Of a stretch of DNA of 64,000 nt, positions 24,719 through 38,320 are shown piece by piece. Position numbers and translations under genes: made by a program. Each line of letters starts with the position of its first letter. The first letter of the stretch is position 1. The notes below the pieces were generated by a model. That model did no database searches. It was not told the DNA's origin and saw nothing but the letters and a program-made list of their open reading frames with translations. Origin of the DNA: Octopus vulgaris (taxonomy: Eukaryota); the NCBI GenBank assembly GCA_951406725.2, contig OX597814.1, positions 216,690,001 to 216,754,000 on the forward strand. The letters run 5' to 3'.

Positions 24719-24972
24719 ATATATGTATGTATATATACGTATATATATACGTATATAAATATATGGATATATATATATTTGCATATAGTTATACGTATAT
24801 ATATACGTATATATATGTATATCTATATCTATATATATATATATATATATATATATCACCATGATCGACCAGGCTAACAGATGTTGCTACACATCGCTGG
24901 TCACAATGCGCTTCATATTGTTTTAGCCCCCAACAGACGCCACTCCGCTGGCTAAGTGAGCAGGCCAATATG

Positions 24973-25090
<118 letters not shown>

Positions 25091-25129
25091 TAGATATAGA
25101 TATATATATACGTATATATATATATATTG

Positions 25130-25297
25130 ATTTGATTTTGATTTTCCAGTTTCAGCTAATGAGCTGCGGCCATGCTGGGGCACCGCCATTTGGTTTGCTA
25201 CACGGTTTTACCTCACGGATGCTTTTTAGCAAACGCCATCTGATGCAGTAGAGAGTTCGATGCAGCTGCCCTCATCTGCGCCTCCTGCCGTGAAGTT

Positions 25298-25300
<3 letters not shown>
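25130..25300 (-). mobile_element. 3' end of the same CR1-group LINE as 27397-28736
   Basis: [20 protein letters not shown] and the 3' UTR match 28560-28736. Confidence 0.85.
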
Positions 25301-25375
<75 letters not shown>

Positions 25376-25381
25376 CGCATA

Positions 25382-25416
<35 letters not shown>

Positions 25417-25453
25417 GTGTATGTGTGTGTGTGTGCGTGTGTGTGTGTGTGTG

Positions 25454-25760
25454 TGGATGTGCAATAGCCCAGTGGTTAGGGCAACGGACTCGCGGTCGTC
25501 GGATCGCAGTTTCGATTCCCAGACCGGGCGTTGTGAGTGTTTCTTGAGCGAAAACACCTAAAAGCTCCACGACGCTCCGGCAGGGGGTGGTGTCGATCCC
25601 TGCTGTACTTTTTCGCCACAACTTTCTCTCACTCTTTCTTCTGTTGGCCTGCTCACTTAGCCAGCGGGGTGGTGTCATTTGAAGGCTAAAACAATGCGAA
25701 GCGCATTGTGACCAGCGATGTATAGCAACATCTGATAGCCTAGTGAGTCATGGTGATCAC
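25454..25760 (+). mobile_element. tRNA-derived SINE family C copy
   Basis: A/B-box-like head TAGCCCAGTGGTTAGGGC...GTTTCGATTCC; tail also seen reversed at 24857-24968. Confidence 0.8.
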
Positions 25761-25791
25761 GGTGATATATATATGTATGTATATTGTATAT

Positions 25792-25834
<43 letters not shown>

Positions 25835-25865
25835 ATGTATATTGTATATTGTATATTGTATATTG

Positions 25866-25932
<67 letters not shown>

Positions 25933-26414
25933 GTTTATATATATGTACGAATAAAACGCCCCCCCCCCCCAGTCCACTGGACGGTGCTGAATCACATCTG
26001 CTGAATAAAAAGCAATCAGTGTTTTCTTTTTATTCAGATATAATTAATCATGCTTTTATTTCAATAAATTTTTTAGTTTTGTTCAACAAAGTTAAGGCAA
26101 AAAAAATTTCTTTACAAACCAAATAGTCTTTCCTTCCTTCATGCCAAGTTTGAAGAAAATATCTCTTTTCGGTCTCTTAAATATACTGCATTTTGTGGCA
26201 TTATTTCAAGCCAGCCGTGCACGTGCATTTTTCTCGCGTATGCGTAGTATCGATCGCAACAGCTGATGTACTTGCGCGTACAAATGCACGTTCCCACGGT
26301 TTTATCGATCGCATTCTCACCTGGAATCGATTTTTGTAATTTTTTCAAGACTTATACACACCCTGATACCGCCGAATTTGAGCGCAATCGGATGGAGGCT
26401 GCCCGAGTTCCTAG

Positions 26415-26462
<48 letters not shown>

Positions 26463-26552
26463 CACACACACACAGAACGGATTTTATATAACAGATACAT
26501 GTATAAGTTTGTATACATATATGCCTGTATGTATGTATATGATATACATGTT

Positions 26553-26589
<37 letters not shown>

Positions 26590-26628
26590 ATGATATATGT
26601 TTATATGTGTGTATATTATATATATGTT

Positions 26629-26661
<33 letters not shown>

Positions 26662-26742
26662 TAATATATATATATACATATATATATATATGTATATTTA
26701 TATATGTATATATGTGTATTTATATATGCATATGTATATTTA

Positions 26743-26836
<94 letters not shown>

Positions 26837-26838
<2 letters not shown>

Positions 26839-27140
26839 GGCTGCCTCTCCTTATCGAGTATGCCCATTGCACGAAGCTTAATTGTTACTGGTGCTGTGAT
26901 CGAATGTGACATTTTAGCCTGTCTTGTACAGAATTGGCAACTAAAACCTTTACTGGTAATAGCCGGCTGTCGTTGTAACTGGGCCTCATGTACCTTTTCA
27001 TGTCGTTTAGGTCCTCCTGCCGAATTACACTCTCTTCCACATGCCCGGCAGATATGATTAGTATGGTGTGTTACACCACCACCAGTGGCCAGGTTGTCAC
27101 TCATCTGTCTCGCTCTATGACTACGAAGATGACTCTTTAG
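26837..27140 (-). mobile_element. RTE-type LINE 3' fragment with C2H2 remnant
   Basis: [23 protein letters not shown]; tail TTAAGCTTCGTGCAATGGGCATACTCGATAA shared with 47037-47574. Confidence 0.7.
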
Positions 27141-27184
27141 TACATATATATACATATATATGTATATATAACTATGTATTTATA

Positions 27185-27251
<67 letters not shown>

Positions 27252-27313
27252 GTATATATATATATCTATACATATATATATATGTTTGTATATATATATA
27301 TGTATATATATGT

Positions 27314-27373
<60 letters not shown>

Positions 27374-27396
27374 ATATATATACAGGGAGAAGCTGT

Positions 27397-28736
27397 TTAA
27401 CTCAGCTCCTACAACACTATGACTGGGTGCTGAAACGGCTGCTCAACCACTCAAATGTGGAAGTGATATATCTCGACTTTGCAAAGGCCTTTGATAAAGT
27501 CGATCATGGAATGATATGTCACAAACTGCGTGATCTCAACATAGTTGGAAAACTGGGAGAATGGCTTCATGACTTTCTGAAGGATAGAAGTCAGGTGGTA
27601 GTAGCCAATGGGGCCACCTCCATTAACACACAAATAGTGAGCGGTGTTCCGCAGGGCACTGTTCTGGGACCACTACTGTTCATAATGGCCCTCTCAGACA
27701 TGCCCTCAGCCACGCAGAGAGCCACGATCACAAGTTATGCAGATGATACAAAAGTCTCACAGGCAATACAGAACCCTGAGGACACTAAACACCTGCAATG
27801 TGAGCTGGACGAAATATACAAGTGGGCTGAAAAGAATAGCATGCAGTTCAATGCTGGAAAGTTTCAAGCTTTATACTATCAGCATGCAAAACTGAATGCA
27901 ATACCCAATGAATACACTGGACCCGGAGGGATTGCAATCCCAGAGGCACAATCAGTGCGTGACCTTGGTATTCACATGAGTGATGACGCGACCTTTCATG
28001 TACATGTTGCTAAACTGACAATGAAATGTAGACGGCTGGCTGGATGGATTCTTAGAACCTTTAGAACAAGAGAACAAGAAACCATGATGGTCCTCTGGGA
28101 AGACACTTGTCCTAAGCCACTTTGACTATTGCTCTCAGCTATGGTCACCATCCAGTGTCAAGTTGATCACAGAACTTGAGGCGATCCAACGAAGCTACAC
28201 AAAGAAGATAGCCTCTATGCAGAATGTAAGCTACTGGGAAAGACTCAAGAGATTAAAATTATATTCCCTGGAGCGTAGGCGGGAAAGATATGCCATAATA
28301 TACATCTGGAAGATCCTGAAGGGAAGTGTCCTGAACTTTGGCATCGAGAGTTACGCAAATGCCAGAACTGGGCGCCACTGCGTGGTGCCTAGGACTCCAA
28401 ACCTGCCATCAAGATGTAGGACAAGATTCTGTGATAGCCTGGGCTTCCGAGGCCCACAGCTCTTCAATATCCTCCCGAAGAACCTGAGAGACCTGCATGG
28501 GGTGGATACAAATGTCTTTAAAATGAAGCTGGATCTCTTCCTGTCAGGTGTCCCAGATGAACCAACTTCACGGCAGGAGGGGCAGATGAGGGCAGCTGCA
28601 TCGAACTCTCTCATGCACCAAATAGCAGTTGCTAGAAAGCCTCCATGAAGTGAAACCAAGTAGCAACACCAAATGGCGGTGCCCCAGCATGGCCACAGCT
28701 CATAAGCTGAAACTAGAATCAATCAATCAATCAATC
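27397..28736 (+). mobile_element. 5'-truncated CR1/L2-group LINE (RT and C-terminus), relatively young
   Basis: YLDFAKAFDKVDH, SGVPQGTVLGPLLF, YADDTK; one frameshift near 28098; ends in an (AATC)n tail. Confidence 0.93.
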
Positions 28737-28782
<46 letters not shown>

Positions 28783-29083
28783 GACTGTTTATTTCTATTT
28801 TCTACAAGTGGTGAATTACAGGGATATGTCGTATGTGGAGTCCCACTTGTAGAAAATATAAATAAACAGTCTTGACTGCTATTTCTAATTTCTCGGTATG
28901 CGGCCAAGCAACCTGTTGCCTGCCCCATTTATTTATATACAATATATATACTAAACTTTACAGAAGTTCCTACCGTTAATCGGTTATATTTACATACCGA
29001 ATTCTACCAGTAAGTAACCATTATAGGAATTATTTACTCTTATTATTATATATATATATGTATATATATATGCATATGTATAA

Positions 29084-29168
<85 letters not shown>

Positions 29169-29202
29169 CCTGTGTGTGTGTGTATGTATATATATGTATA
29201 TA

Positions 29203-29259
<57 letters not shown>

Positions 29260-29280
29260 GTGTGTGTATATATATGTGTG

Positions 29281-29337
<57 letters not shown>

Positions 29338-29372
29338 ATATGTACATATGTATATATATATATATACATACA

Positions 29373-29407
<35 letters not shown>

Positions 29408-30327
29408 GATTAATATATATATATAAATAATGTAAGTTCTTTGTATGCATATATATAGCATGTATATATTATTATACAAAATATGTGTATTTAGAATATA
29501 TATACTAGCAAGTCACCCGGCCTTCGCTCCAGTATGCACTGTACACAAATCTATTCAAAAGGCATCTTTCGTAATGCTTATCTATAAAATCTCAGCTAAA
29601 GGCTACTAGTCGCCACTCTTCACAAGAAAACGTCCTAAATTCCAAACTGACTTGCAGTTGGTCAGATATTTCCTGTTCTCTGGAACATTCATTTCTATCT
29701 GCGTTACTTTGAAGTTGTTCTGTTAACGTATATTCAGTTAAGCTGGTTTTTCTATTGGTTTCAGACTCCAACCTTTGTCATTTCTCCTATGGTGTTTCGT
29801 GTCACACCTGGTGGACTTGTCTACTCGTTTGAAACTGGCCTTTTTACTTCTCGTTGCTGTTGTATCTCCACGGCATTTCTTTGTCCCTTACACTGGTGCC
29901 TGTCTTTCTTCTTGTGTTTCCATAACCCTTCGACTTTCGGAGCGTTGGGCTTCGGATGACAGAAAAATTTTATGTTATCTTCTACGATTCATACTGTTTG
30001 TCCTGAAGTAAAATATTTAAAACATCAAAAATAAATCCCGTAACATGCAATTCATTTTTGTCGTTTTTAAATTCAATGACGTCTCTTTATTTCATTCGTT
30101 TACCAAACTTCATAAAAATCGGTCCAGTAAATTTTCCTCTATCTTTATATATACATATGTATGTTTATGTGTGTGTATGTATGTGTGCATGCATAGGAAA
30201 TAGATTAATTTAGTATAGACTAATAATAAAGGAATGAAACTGAACCAGTGCGTGTGTTAATAATGTTGGCATATGATCCTCCCAAGACAGAAAAACAATT
30301 CATATATGTATATATTTTTATATTTTG

Positions 30328-30555
30328 TCACCAGCATGGCTGAGCGATAAGAAGCTTGCTTCCCAACCATATGGTTCCGGGTTCGATCCCGTCAAGCCAT
30401 GGCATTTGACTCCCATAACTTGGTGGTTCGCTTAAAGATAGTGATGAAATAAGTATTAGGCTGAATAAACGCCCCGGGGTCGGTTTGTTCAACCAAAACC
30501 CTTGAAGGCGGTGCTCCAGCATGGCTGCTGTCTAATGCCCGAAACAAGTAAAACA
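30328..30555 (+). mobile_element. Deleted SINE family A copy
   Basis: Head and tail motifs present, middle missing. Confidence 0.7.
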
Positions 30556-30851
30556 ATAAAAAATATATTTGTTGTGCAAGAAGTTTTATGTGAAGTCGTG
30601 TTTTGAAACAGATATTGTTGTATTTCGGAATGGTCATTTCGCCTGTTTAGCCAATAAAAACACACGCACAATATATTTGGTGTTACTTTGCTTCAGTGTT
30701 ATTAATTTTTTACATTAATCTTAATCTTATTTCGGCCAGAGTTCTTTCGTCGCACTCCTGTGACCGCATCAGTGGTCATTTGCTTTCTTCTTTCTTATTT
30801 GTGTGTCTCCTTACTAACCGTCAGCCATATATATTAAAATATATATTAAAA

Positions 30852-30894
<43 letters not shown>

Positions 30895-31545
30895 AATTTA
30901 CAGGAAACAAAAGACAAAGACAGGTCAGGTGATGGCACAACAAGAAGGTGTATTAGTTTGACACTCGGGAAAATGAAGAAGTCTTTGTTGATCAGAGCCT
31001 ACGCTCTTCGACAGAAAGGATTGAGTGGCGGAGATATAGTCAGAAAGAAAATAAAGGAGAGAGATATAATATATAAGGATTAAAAGTTGAACATGAAGAA
31101 ATGCCTGGAAAAAAAGGCTGAGTGAAAGGGAGCTGATAATGCTGATCCTGATGAACTAGGGTGCGCAAACGCGTGTCTGTATTTAAGAAGGATGCGTGGG
31201 TATGCATGTGTAGATGGAGACGAGTGCGTGTGAATGTATGTGTGGGCGAGCTCAAAATTATATGGTCCTGAGTGTGCGTACGGAGCGTGTGTGTGTGTGT
31301 GTGTGTGCGTATGGACATGTATACGAAGCTGCGTATATCCTGTGTGTGCGTGCATGTATGCAAAAGCATCTGTGTAGCAGTTAATGTCTGCTTATTTGAT
31401 TGGTGTGTGCACATGTATGTATGTAAGTGCATGTGTATGTGAGTGGGTGTGGTTGAGTGCAGAATGGTGTATGGTCTGAGAAGTGAGTTGAACAGTGTGC
31501 AGGTTCGGGGTTCTGATAGTGGTGATGTGGGGAAGTTACTGGTGA

Positions 31546-31582
<37 letters not shown>

Positions 31583-32361
31583 CCAGGCTGTCTGGTGCCG
31601 ATTCGGCTCCACTGACCACAGAATTTGCACCATTCCTCTTCTGCTCTCGTATTGCTCCTCCAGGTTCTTCTAAACATTTATTATTAAATCAACTTCGCAT
31701 CTGGCTGGAGGTCTTCTGAGTGGCTTCTTCCATTCGCAAGTGTGTGGAGCTGTATTGTCCAGTGGTTAGGGTGTTGGACTCACAATTGCAAGATCGTAGG
31801 TTTGATTCCTGGACAGGGTGTCGCTTTGTGATCTTGTGCGAAACAATTCCTTTCCCATTGCTGTAAATGGTTAACCTACGACAGACTGGACTTCATAATG
31901 TTGGTCTGCTTTCTTAACCAGTGGGGTAACATCATCCGAATGCTAAAACGATGCAAAGCGCATTGTGTTTAGTGATGTGTAACCTCTGACTGTGTTCGAT
32001 CACCTTACAACTGCACGGTTTGTGACTCTTGCGACATGAGCGGACCATCGTAGCTTTGTGTGGTGGTATTCTGCGACGATGTCCTTCACTTCATTTCTAT
32101 ATGCACACGCGTATACACATACATAGACTTATATATGTACGTATATGCATATAAAGCAATCATTTTACACCTTTTCTCCATACTAGCATGGGTTGTATGA
32201 GTATATTATTGATCCATTCTTTTTGTACCTGGATCCCCTTCATGTTATTAACCCTTACCTGTTATTCAGGGAATCACTTATTCCAATGGTTTGTCTATTA
32301 ACAGGGTAAATGATAAGCTAATCGTTCATAGCTGAGCAATTTTCAGTAAAAGCAAATGGAA

Positions 32362-32479
<118 letters not shown>

Positions 32480-32719
32480 GTACACACATACGCACACACA
32501 CACAAACACTTCAGTTTGGCAGTTTTTTCACTGGGTACTTGCCCAAGGTGTCATACAGTGGGACAAAACTGGTGGTTGGCGTTTGGAAGGGCATCCAGCT
32601 GTAAAATTCCTGCCAAAATAGACAATAGTCTAGGGTACCTGGCCGACACTTGTCATCCATCTTACTCATGAATGGATGAAACGCGGACGTCAAGTGGTGA
32701 TGGCGATGATATATATATA

Positions 32720-33114
32720 TATATATATATATGAAAAAATAAGTCAAAATAGAAAATGCTAAAATAATTTTATAAAGAACATTTCAGTACCGGTTTCAGT
32801 CATTTTGAGACCTTTTCAACTGTAACGATTAAATAATTAAAGTTAGAAAAATTAAAAGAAATGTTTTTTTAAAGGAATATTTGTATAGTGTTCAAATATA
32901 AGTGGCATTTTCCTTGTTTCTGCATTGCTCTGAAATTTTGGGAGTGCCTTGATTGTTGTATTTTGAATGGTCAGTGGCGGCTAGCAGTTCATGAGAGTAT
33001 TTCTATTGAAAGGTTTTTCTATAGAATTTGCGTAGGTGTTATACTAAAAAGCATTAGTGATAAAGTTAGGAAGTAGAAGGGGGAGAAGAAGATGAAGAAA
33101 AAGAGGAAGAAGAA

Positions 33115-33190
<76 letters not shown>

Positions 33191-33240
33191 TTGATGATGT
33201 TGAAGAAGAAGAAGAAGAAGAAGAAGAAGAGGAAGTAGAA

Positions 33241-33282
<42 letters not shown>

Positions 33283-34115
33283 AATGATGATGATGAAGAA
33301 GGGGAAGAAGAAGAAGAAGAAGAAGAAGAAGAAGAAGAAGAAGAAGAAAGAGGAGGGAGAATATGAATGAGTGGAAGTAGTGAGGTGTTGTATAACTTAA
33401 AGTTGGCACGTTATGGGTTATAGCTGTGATTGGGGCTGATTTGTAGTGGATTCTTAGGAATGTAATATTTGCGTGTGTATTTATGTTATTCTAAAGCAGA
33501 GGGGTATATATCGTTTGTCGTAGACCCGTTCAGAAGGGGCTTATATTTTGTAATAAAGAGAGTTTCTTTACTTATTCGTTGGCTCGAGGTTGTATCGTCC
33601 CTGAATTGGTAGAGGGGGAAAATCCTGAAGTTTGGTGTTTTGTTGTTGGTGCAAGTATCTATGTGTTGGCTGAATGTTATTTTTCTGTTTTGGGGAATTT
33701 TTATCTGGGATCTGTGCAGGGCCATTCTTTTACGCAAAATATTTTTCGTTTGGCCTATGTACTGCTCTTGACACCCAGAGCAGGTTAGTGTGTATATCAA
33801 GTTCTCCGAAGCACATGTGAAGTTGCTTTTCTCTGTAAACCGTTGTTTGAAGGAGAACCCTGATCCTTCAATTACATAATCGCATATCCCGCAATTGGGT
33901 CTACCACATTTTTTTTACTGTCGGCTTCTGTGTTGTAGAGTGTTTTCGGGCTTGTGTTAGGAGACATTTCATAGATTTAGGCTGTCTCTTGCTTTTTATG
34001 ATCGTGTGTGTTTTTGGAGGATTGTGTTCATTCAGTGGTCTTTTTTTAGCAGGGGTATGTTTTGGAGGATGGTGTCGAAGGCTTCATTGTTGAGAGGGTT
34101 GTGTGTGGAGATGTA
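32720..34115 (-). mobile_element. Penelope-like element 3' portion (GIY-YIG endonuclease and pseudo-LTR)
   Basis: Minus ORF 33486-33800 NLIYTLTCSGCQEQYIGQTKNILRKRMALHRS...ETLFITKYKPLLN; downstream microsatellite and terminal repeat homologous to 57180-57615. Confidence 0.88.
32782..32825 (-). ncRNA. Minimal type I hammerhead ribozyme motif (Penelope pseudo-LTR)
   Basis: Reverse complement CAG-TTGAAAA-GGTC-TCAAAAT-GACT-GAAA-CCGG-TA-CTG. Confidence 0.65.
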
Positions 34116-34737
34116 TGTGGAGATGTATATATATATATATAAATATATCAATATACATGTATATATAAGGGAAATGTATTAAATAATTATGAATAGTCAT
34201 AAAGATATTTGCAAAAATCTATAAAGTAAGCACTTGTTGATAGTGTCCGATTTGATCTCATCTACTTTGCTAGTGTTTCGACAAAGATCAATACAGGAGG
34301 TTTTATTGAACAAACTCAGTTTCATTGATTCTTTTACTATTTTTCGTAATTTTTCCTTTTTAGAGAATCAGTTTGTCTTTGATACAAAGCACCCTCCACC
34401 GTAGCTGGGCTATGATCCACAGATTTATAGCTCGACATGTACGCTGCCTCTACGTAACTGATCAACAGACTGTACATTCCAATATTGAGGGTTTAATAGT
34501 AACCAGTCAATCTGTAATCTAACCTAGAGACACAACACAATGACTGTTGTTAGGTTTATTAGTGTCAAGAAGAACATTCAGCTATGAATAATAGTTTAGA
34601 TAAACTGAAGTTTACAATATCAGTGTTATCTTATGCAAGATTTTAGAACCATCAACTTCTGTGTATTGTTGTTTACCTCATTTTATAAGTTTTTAAAAAC
34701 TGTTTTAATTTTTTTTGTCATCTTTTATTCAGAAGAC

Positions 34738-34821
34738 ATGGAGGGTTGTACAATCATTCGTAAAATTGAAGATGGTGACGTTGAAGGGTTGATAACCTTG
34801 ATAGAGGAGCTGCCTGGCCAA
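34738..34821 (+). CDS. Coding exon 1 ([28 protein letters not shown]; N-terminal ankyrin cap)
   Basis: Polypyrimidine tract and AG at 34731-32, ATG at 34738, donor GTAAGT at 34822; joins in frame to [12 protein letters not shown]. Confidence 0.75.
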
Positions 34822-37800
34822 GTAAGTTGTTCTGTTTATTGCTTTCTCAAATTTGCGTATTTCTTTATTATTTTATACGCAATTTGAAAACTTCAAACAA
34901 ACTGCATATATTTCTCCATAATATTTCATTTCTTTCTTCATCTCTTTCCTCTAATCGCCATTAATGTTATAATAAAATTCTTGACCAAGGCAGCGAGTTG
35001 GCAGAATCGTTAGCACGCCAGGTGAAATGTTTAGCAGTATTTCGTCTGTGTTTACGTTCTGAGATCAAATTCCGCGAGGTCTACTTTTCCTGGTAACCTT
35101 TCGAGTAGATAAATTAAGTACCAGTTGCGCAATGTGGTTGGTTTAATCGACTGGCCCCACTCCCCCAAAATATAAGGCCTTGTGCCTTGAGTAGAAAAGA
35201 ATATTATTATTGACCAAATTTTGAGCATGGCAAATTTAATGGAATGTGAATGAGAGAGAAATCCATCATCACACACTGCAAGGGAGTATTCTGACATGAA
35301 ATTTTCAGATGAGATGTAAGACAGATGGAGTCCGTAGATGGATGGTAACTTTTTAAAGAAGTCCTCCTGCTATACACAGTCGAAGGTTTTACTGATGTCA
35401 AGAGCTACACCATTTTATGCAGAATTTGTCAAACATATGAAAACACTGGTGTGTCACACAGGTACCAAGCCCCTCTTGATCTGGCTTTATAAAATTGTAC
35501 TGGTGTTCATTGAATAATGAAAGATACCTAAAGGGACAAATATGATGGTTGCTTGTGACTATTTACTTCATTATTGAAACATTGGAAGTTAGAATGACTG
35601 CATGGTAGTCACTCGATAAGATATTGTCTGCAGGAATATTGAGCAGGATTTCCCAGTGAGGTCAGTATTACCCATGTGTGGGGACGCTGTGGGAAAATAT
35701 TATATGAGTTTATGATTATATGAAACACAAAGAATGTGTACCCGAGTTTAACTGAAGCTATGTATCAACGGTTGGATCAGTAAAGAAATCTAAGTGGTGA
35801 AGCATCAAGTATTCACTTATTCTGGTGAAGGTTCTGTGGTAAGTAGTCACCCATGTCAAGACTAGGATCGAGAGGGAAATTAATCTGATCTGGTATTAAT
35901 GGAAACAACATTAAAAATGTGTTATATAGAGTCGTAGCAAGGTGAGGGACATTGAGAAATCCTTGGTAAATGAAAAGAAACCACATTTAAAAGGTTTAAG
36001 AATCCCTGGTATAGGACCGTCATGGTTAGAAAGCAGTTGGTAGGATGATTTTGTTAAATTTATAGAGATTCTGTTGGTAGGAGACCAGAAATCTTGGTTT
36101 TAAAATAGGAGTGAAGAGAGCTGACAGATTGTGAAATGCAGAAAAAAAGCATCATTTATTTTCTTGATGACTATCATACCTGTAATTCAATGGTGGTTGT
36201 ATGTCTGCTACTTTGTGATGGTAGGTGTTTTCCTCCAGATGATGTTGATAGTGTTGTCTAAACAGATGTATTACAGTTGTGTATGAACAACTCACATCTT
36301 TTAACATTTTGTATGGCTACAAAGTACTAACGAAGCACTTAATTTAAAATGAAGCACTGCCTTATTTATGTTTTTATACCCCTTTCGTTTCCTTTCATTT
36401 GTATCCACTTTTTCATGAACATATTCAACAGAAGTTGGTGTCATCCAGATGTTCCCACAGATATCTTGTCTCAAATAATTACTTTGTATTAGATTCAGTG
36501 ACAAACATAAAGTGGTTTTCTTTCTCTTCATTGAGCTTATGCATGAATTGAACCATCTTCCTAAGCATTTCGGGGAGCATGGTAATCAGGGAGAGCGGTA
36601 AGGTAACCAAAATAATCAGGCTCCAAGTGCAAGGAGCATTCCATCAATAGAGGTAAATCCTAGTAAATGCCTTGAAAAGATGTTTGACAAGTCGCTGTCA
36701 GAGAGAATCATTGTCACCAAAATTGTGAAGCAAGCAGAGGAGTGGCTGATGAGGATTTATAGATCAGGGCTTCCAGGAAAGTTCAGGACATGGCTCTACC
36801 AACACAGACTGCTCCCAAGACTCATATGGTTGCTGACGCTGTATGATGTTCCAATGACGAGTGTGGAAAGGGTGGAGAGAAAGATAACTAAATACCTCCG
36901 AAGATTGCTAGGAGTTTCCCAAGCTTCACTTCAGTAGGCCTGTTCATAAGATCTGGAAGGCTACAACTTCCCCTGTCGTATTTAATGGAGGAATTTAAAG
37001 TAGCAAAATGTAACGTAATGATGTAGAGGGACTCTAAGGACGAGCTTGTCAGACATGCAGGTATTACCACAAGGTGTGGGTAACTAGCACCGCTGTCGGT
37101 CAGGCTGAAGGCATGCAGGAGCTACGCGCCATAATTGGAGCTACATGTTGGGGTCGCCAGGGAATTGGCTCTTCCTATTTCCAACAATGGAAGAAAGCTA
37201 ACACCAGGGAGTGGTGGGCTATGACTCAGAAAGCAATGAGGAACCAGGAGGAAGATAAAAGGAAATCAAGACGTGTGGAGTTGGTATCTCTGGGTGCATG
37301 GACTAAATGGGATCTCCCTAAGAGGAAGCTCTCATGGACTGACCTGTGGAGGCTGGAACCTTTGCACATCTCCTTCCTGCATGGAGTGGTGTATGACACA
37401 CTCCTGACGCCAACAAACCTTCACAGATAGGGTTTGAGGGAAGACCAGTTGTGTAGACTTTGTGGGAAAGGGGCACTCTGGCACACATCTTGGAAGGGTG
37501 CAGAATAACACTTTCTCAAGGCAGATACAAATACTTGCTCAAACCCTGGAACAGTAAAGATGTAAGAAACATCATCACCAAGGGAAGATAACTTCCGCAA
37601 TTCAGTTCGTGAAAGAGGGAGAGAAACCAGTAAAGCCAGCAAAAGCAAAACATAGCTTGCTGCAAGGGTCTCAACCATGGGATATGAGGGTAGACTTAGG
37701 GAAGAGATTGCAGTTTCCCCAGGTTGTCCACAAAACTCTGAGGCCAGATGTGCTCCTGTGGTCTGAAAAGGCCCAGAAAATTATCATAATTGAAAGAAGT

Positions 37801-38259
37801 CACGTGGGGAGCGGGTTGTAACGAGGCCCATGAACGGAAGTGTGACAGATATAAGAGCATTCTGCAGGATTGCAGGGAGAAGGAATGGCAGGTATGGATT
37901 TTCCTAGTGGAGGTTGGCTGTAGGGGATTCTTTGCCCAGTTGGCATGGAAGATTTCTACAGCAACTTCAATGAGAGGTAAGGAGGGAAGGGTGGCTGTGC
38001 GCATGATGGGAGAGGCAACTAAAAGAGCCTTTTTGCTGGCTTGGTGTAAGAGAGAAGATTAACGCAGGAAGACAGGAGGAGTTGAGGAGCAGTGAATTGG
38101 CCACCTCTGTTGACCCACCAACAGTAGGGTGTTACGGTTCTGGGTCGAAACATCCGATGAACGAGGATAACGTATGACGACATTGGTTTCTCCTGGACAA
38201 GGCTCCATTCACTTTGGTCAATAGATAAAACACATCCTTATGGGTGTTATTAACTCGTG

Positions 38260-38320
<61 letters not shown>

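Noticed and set aside
29505-30150. Candidate promoter or first exon for the ANK-RING-DD gene
   Set aside because: No convincing exon with a strong donor; the ends and composition look more like a Helitron-type non-autonomous element.
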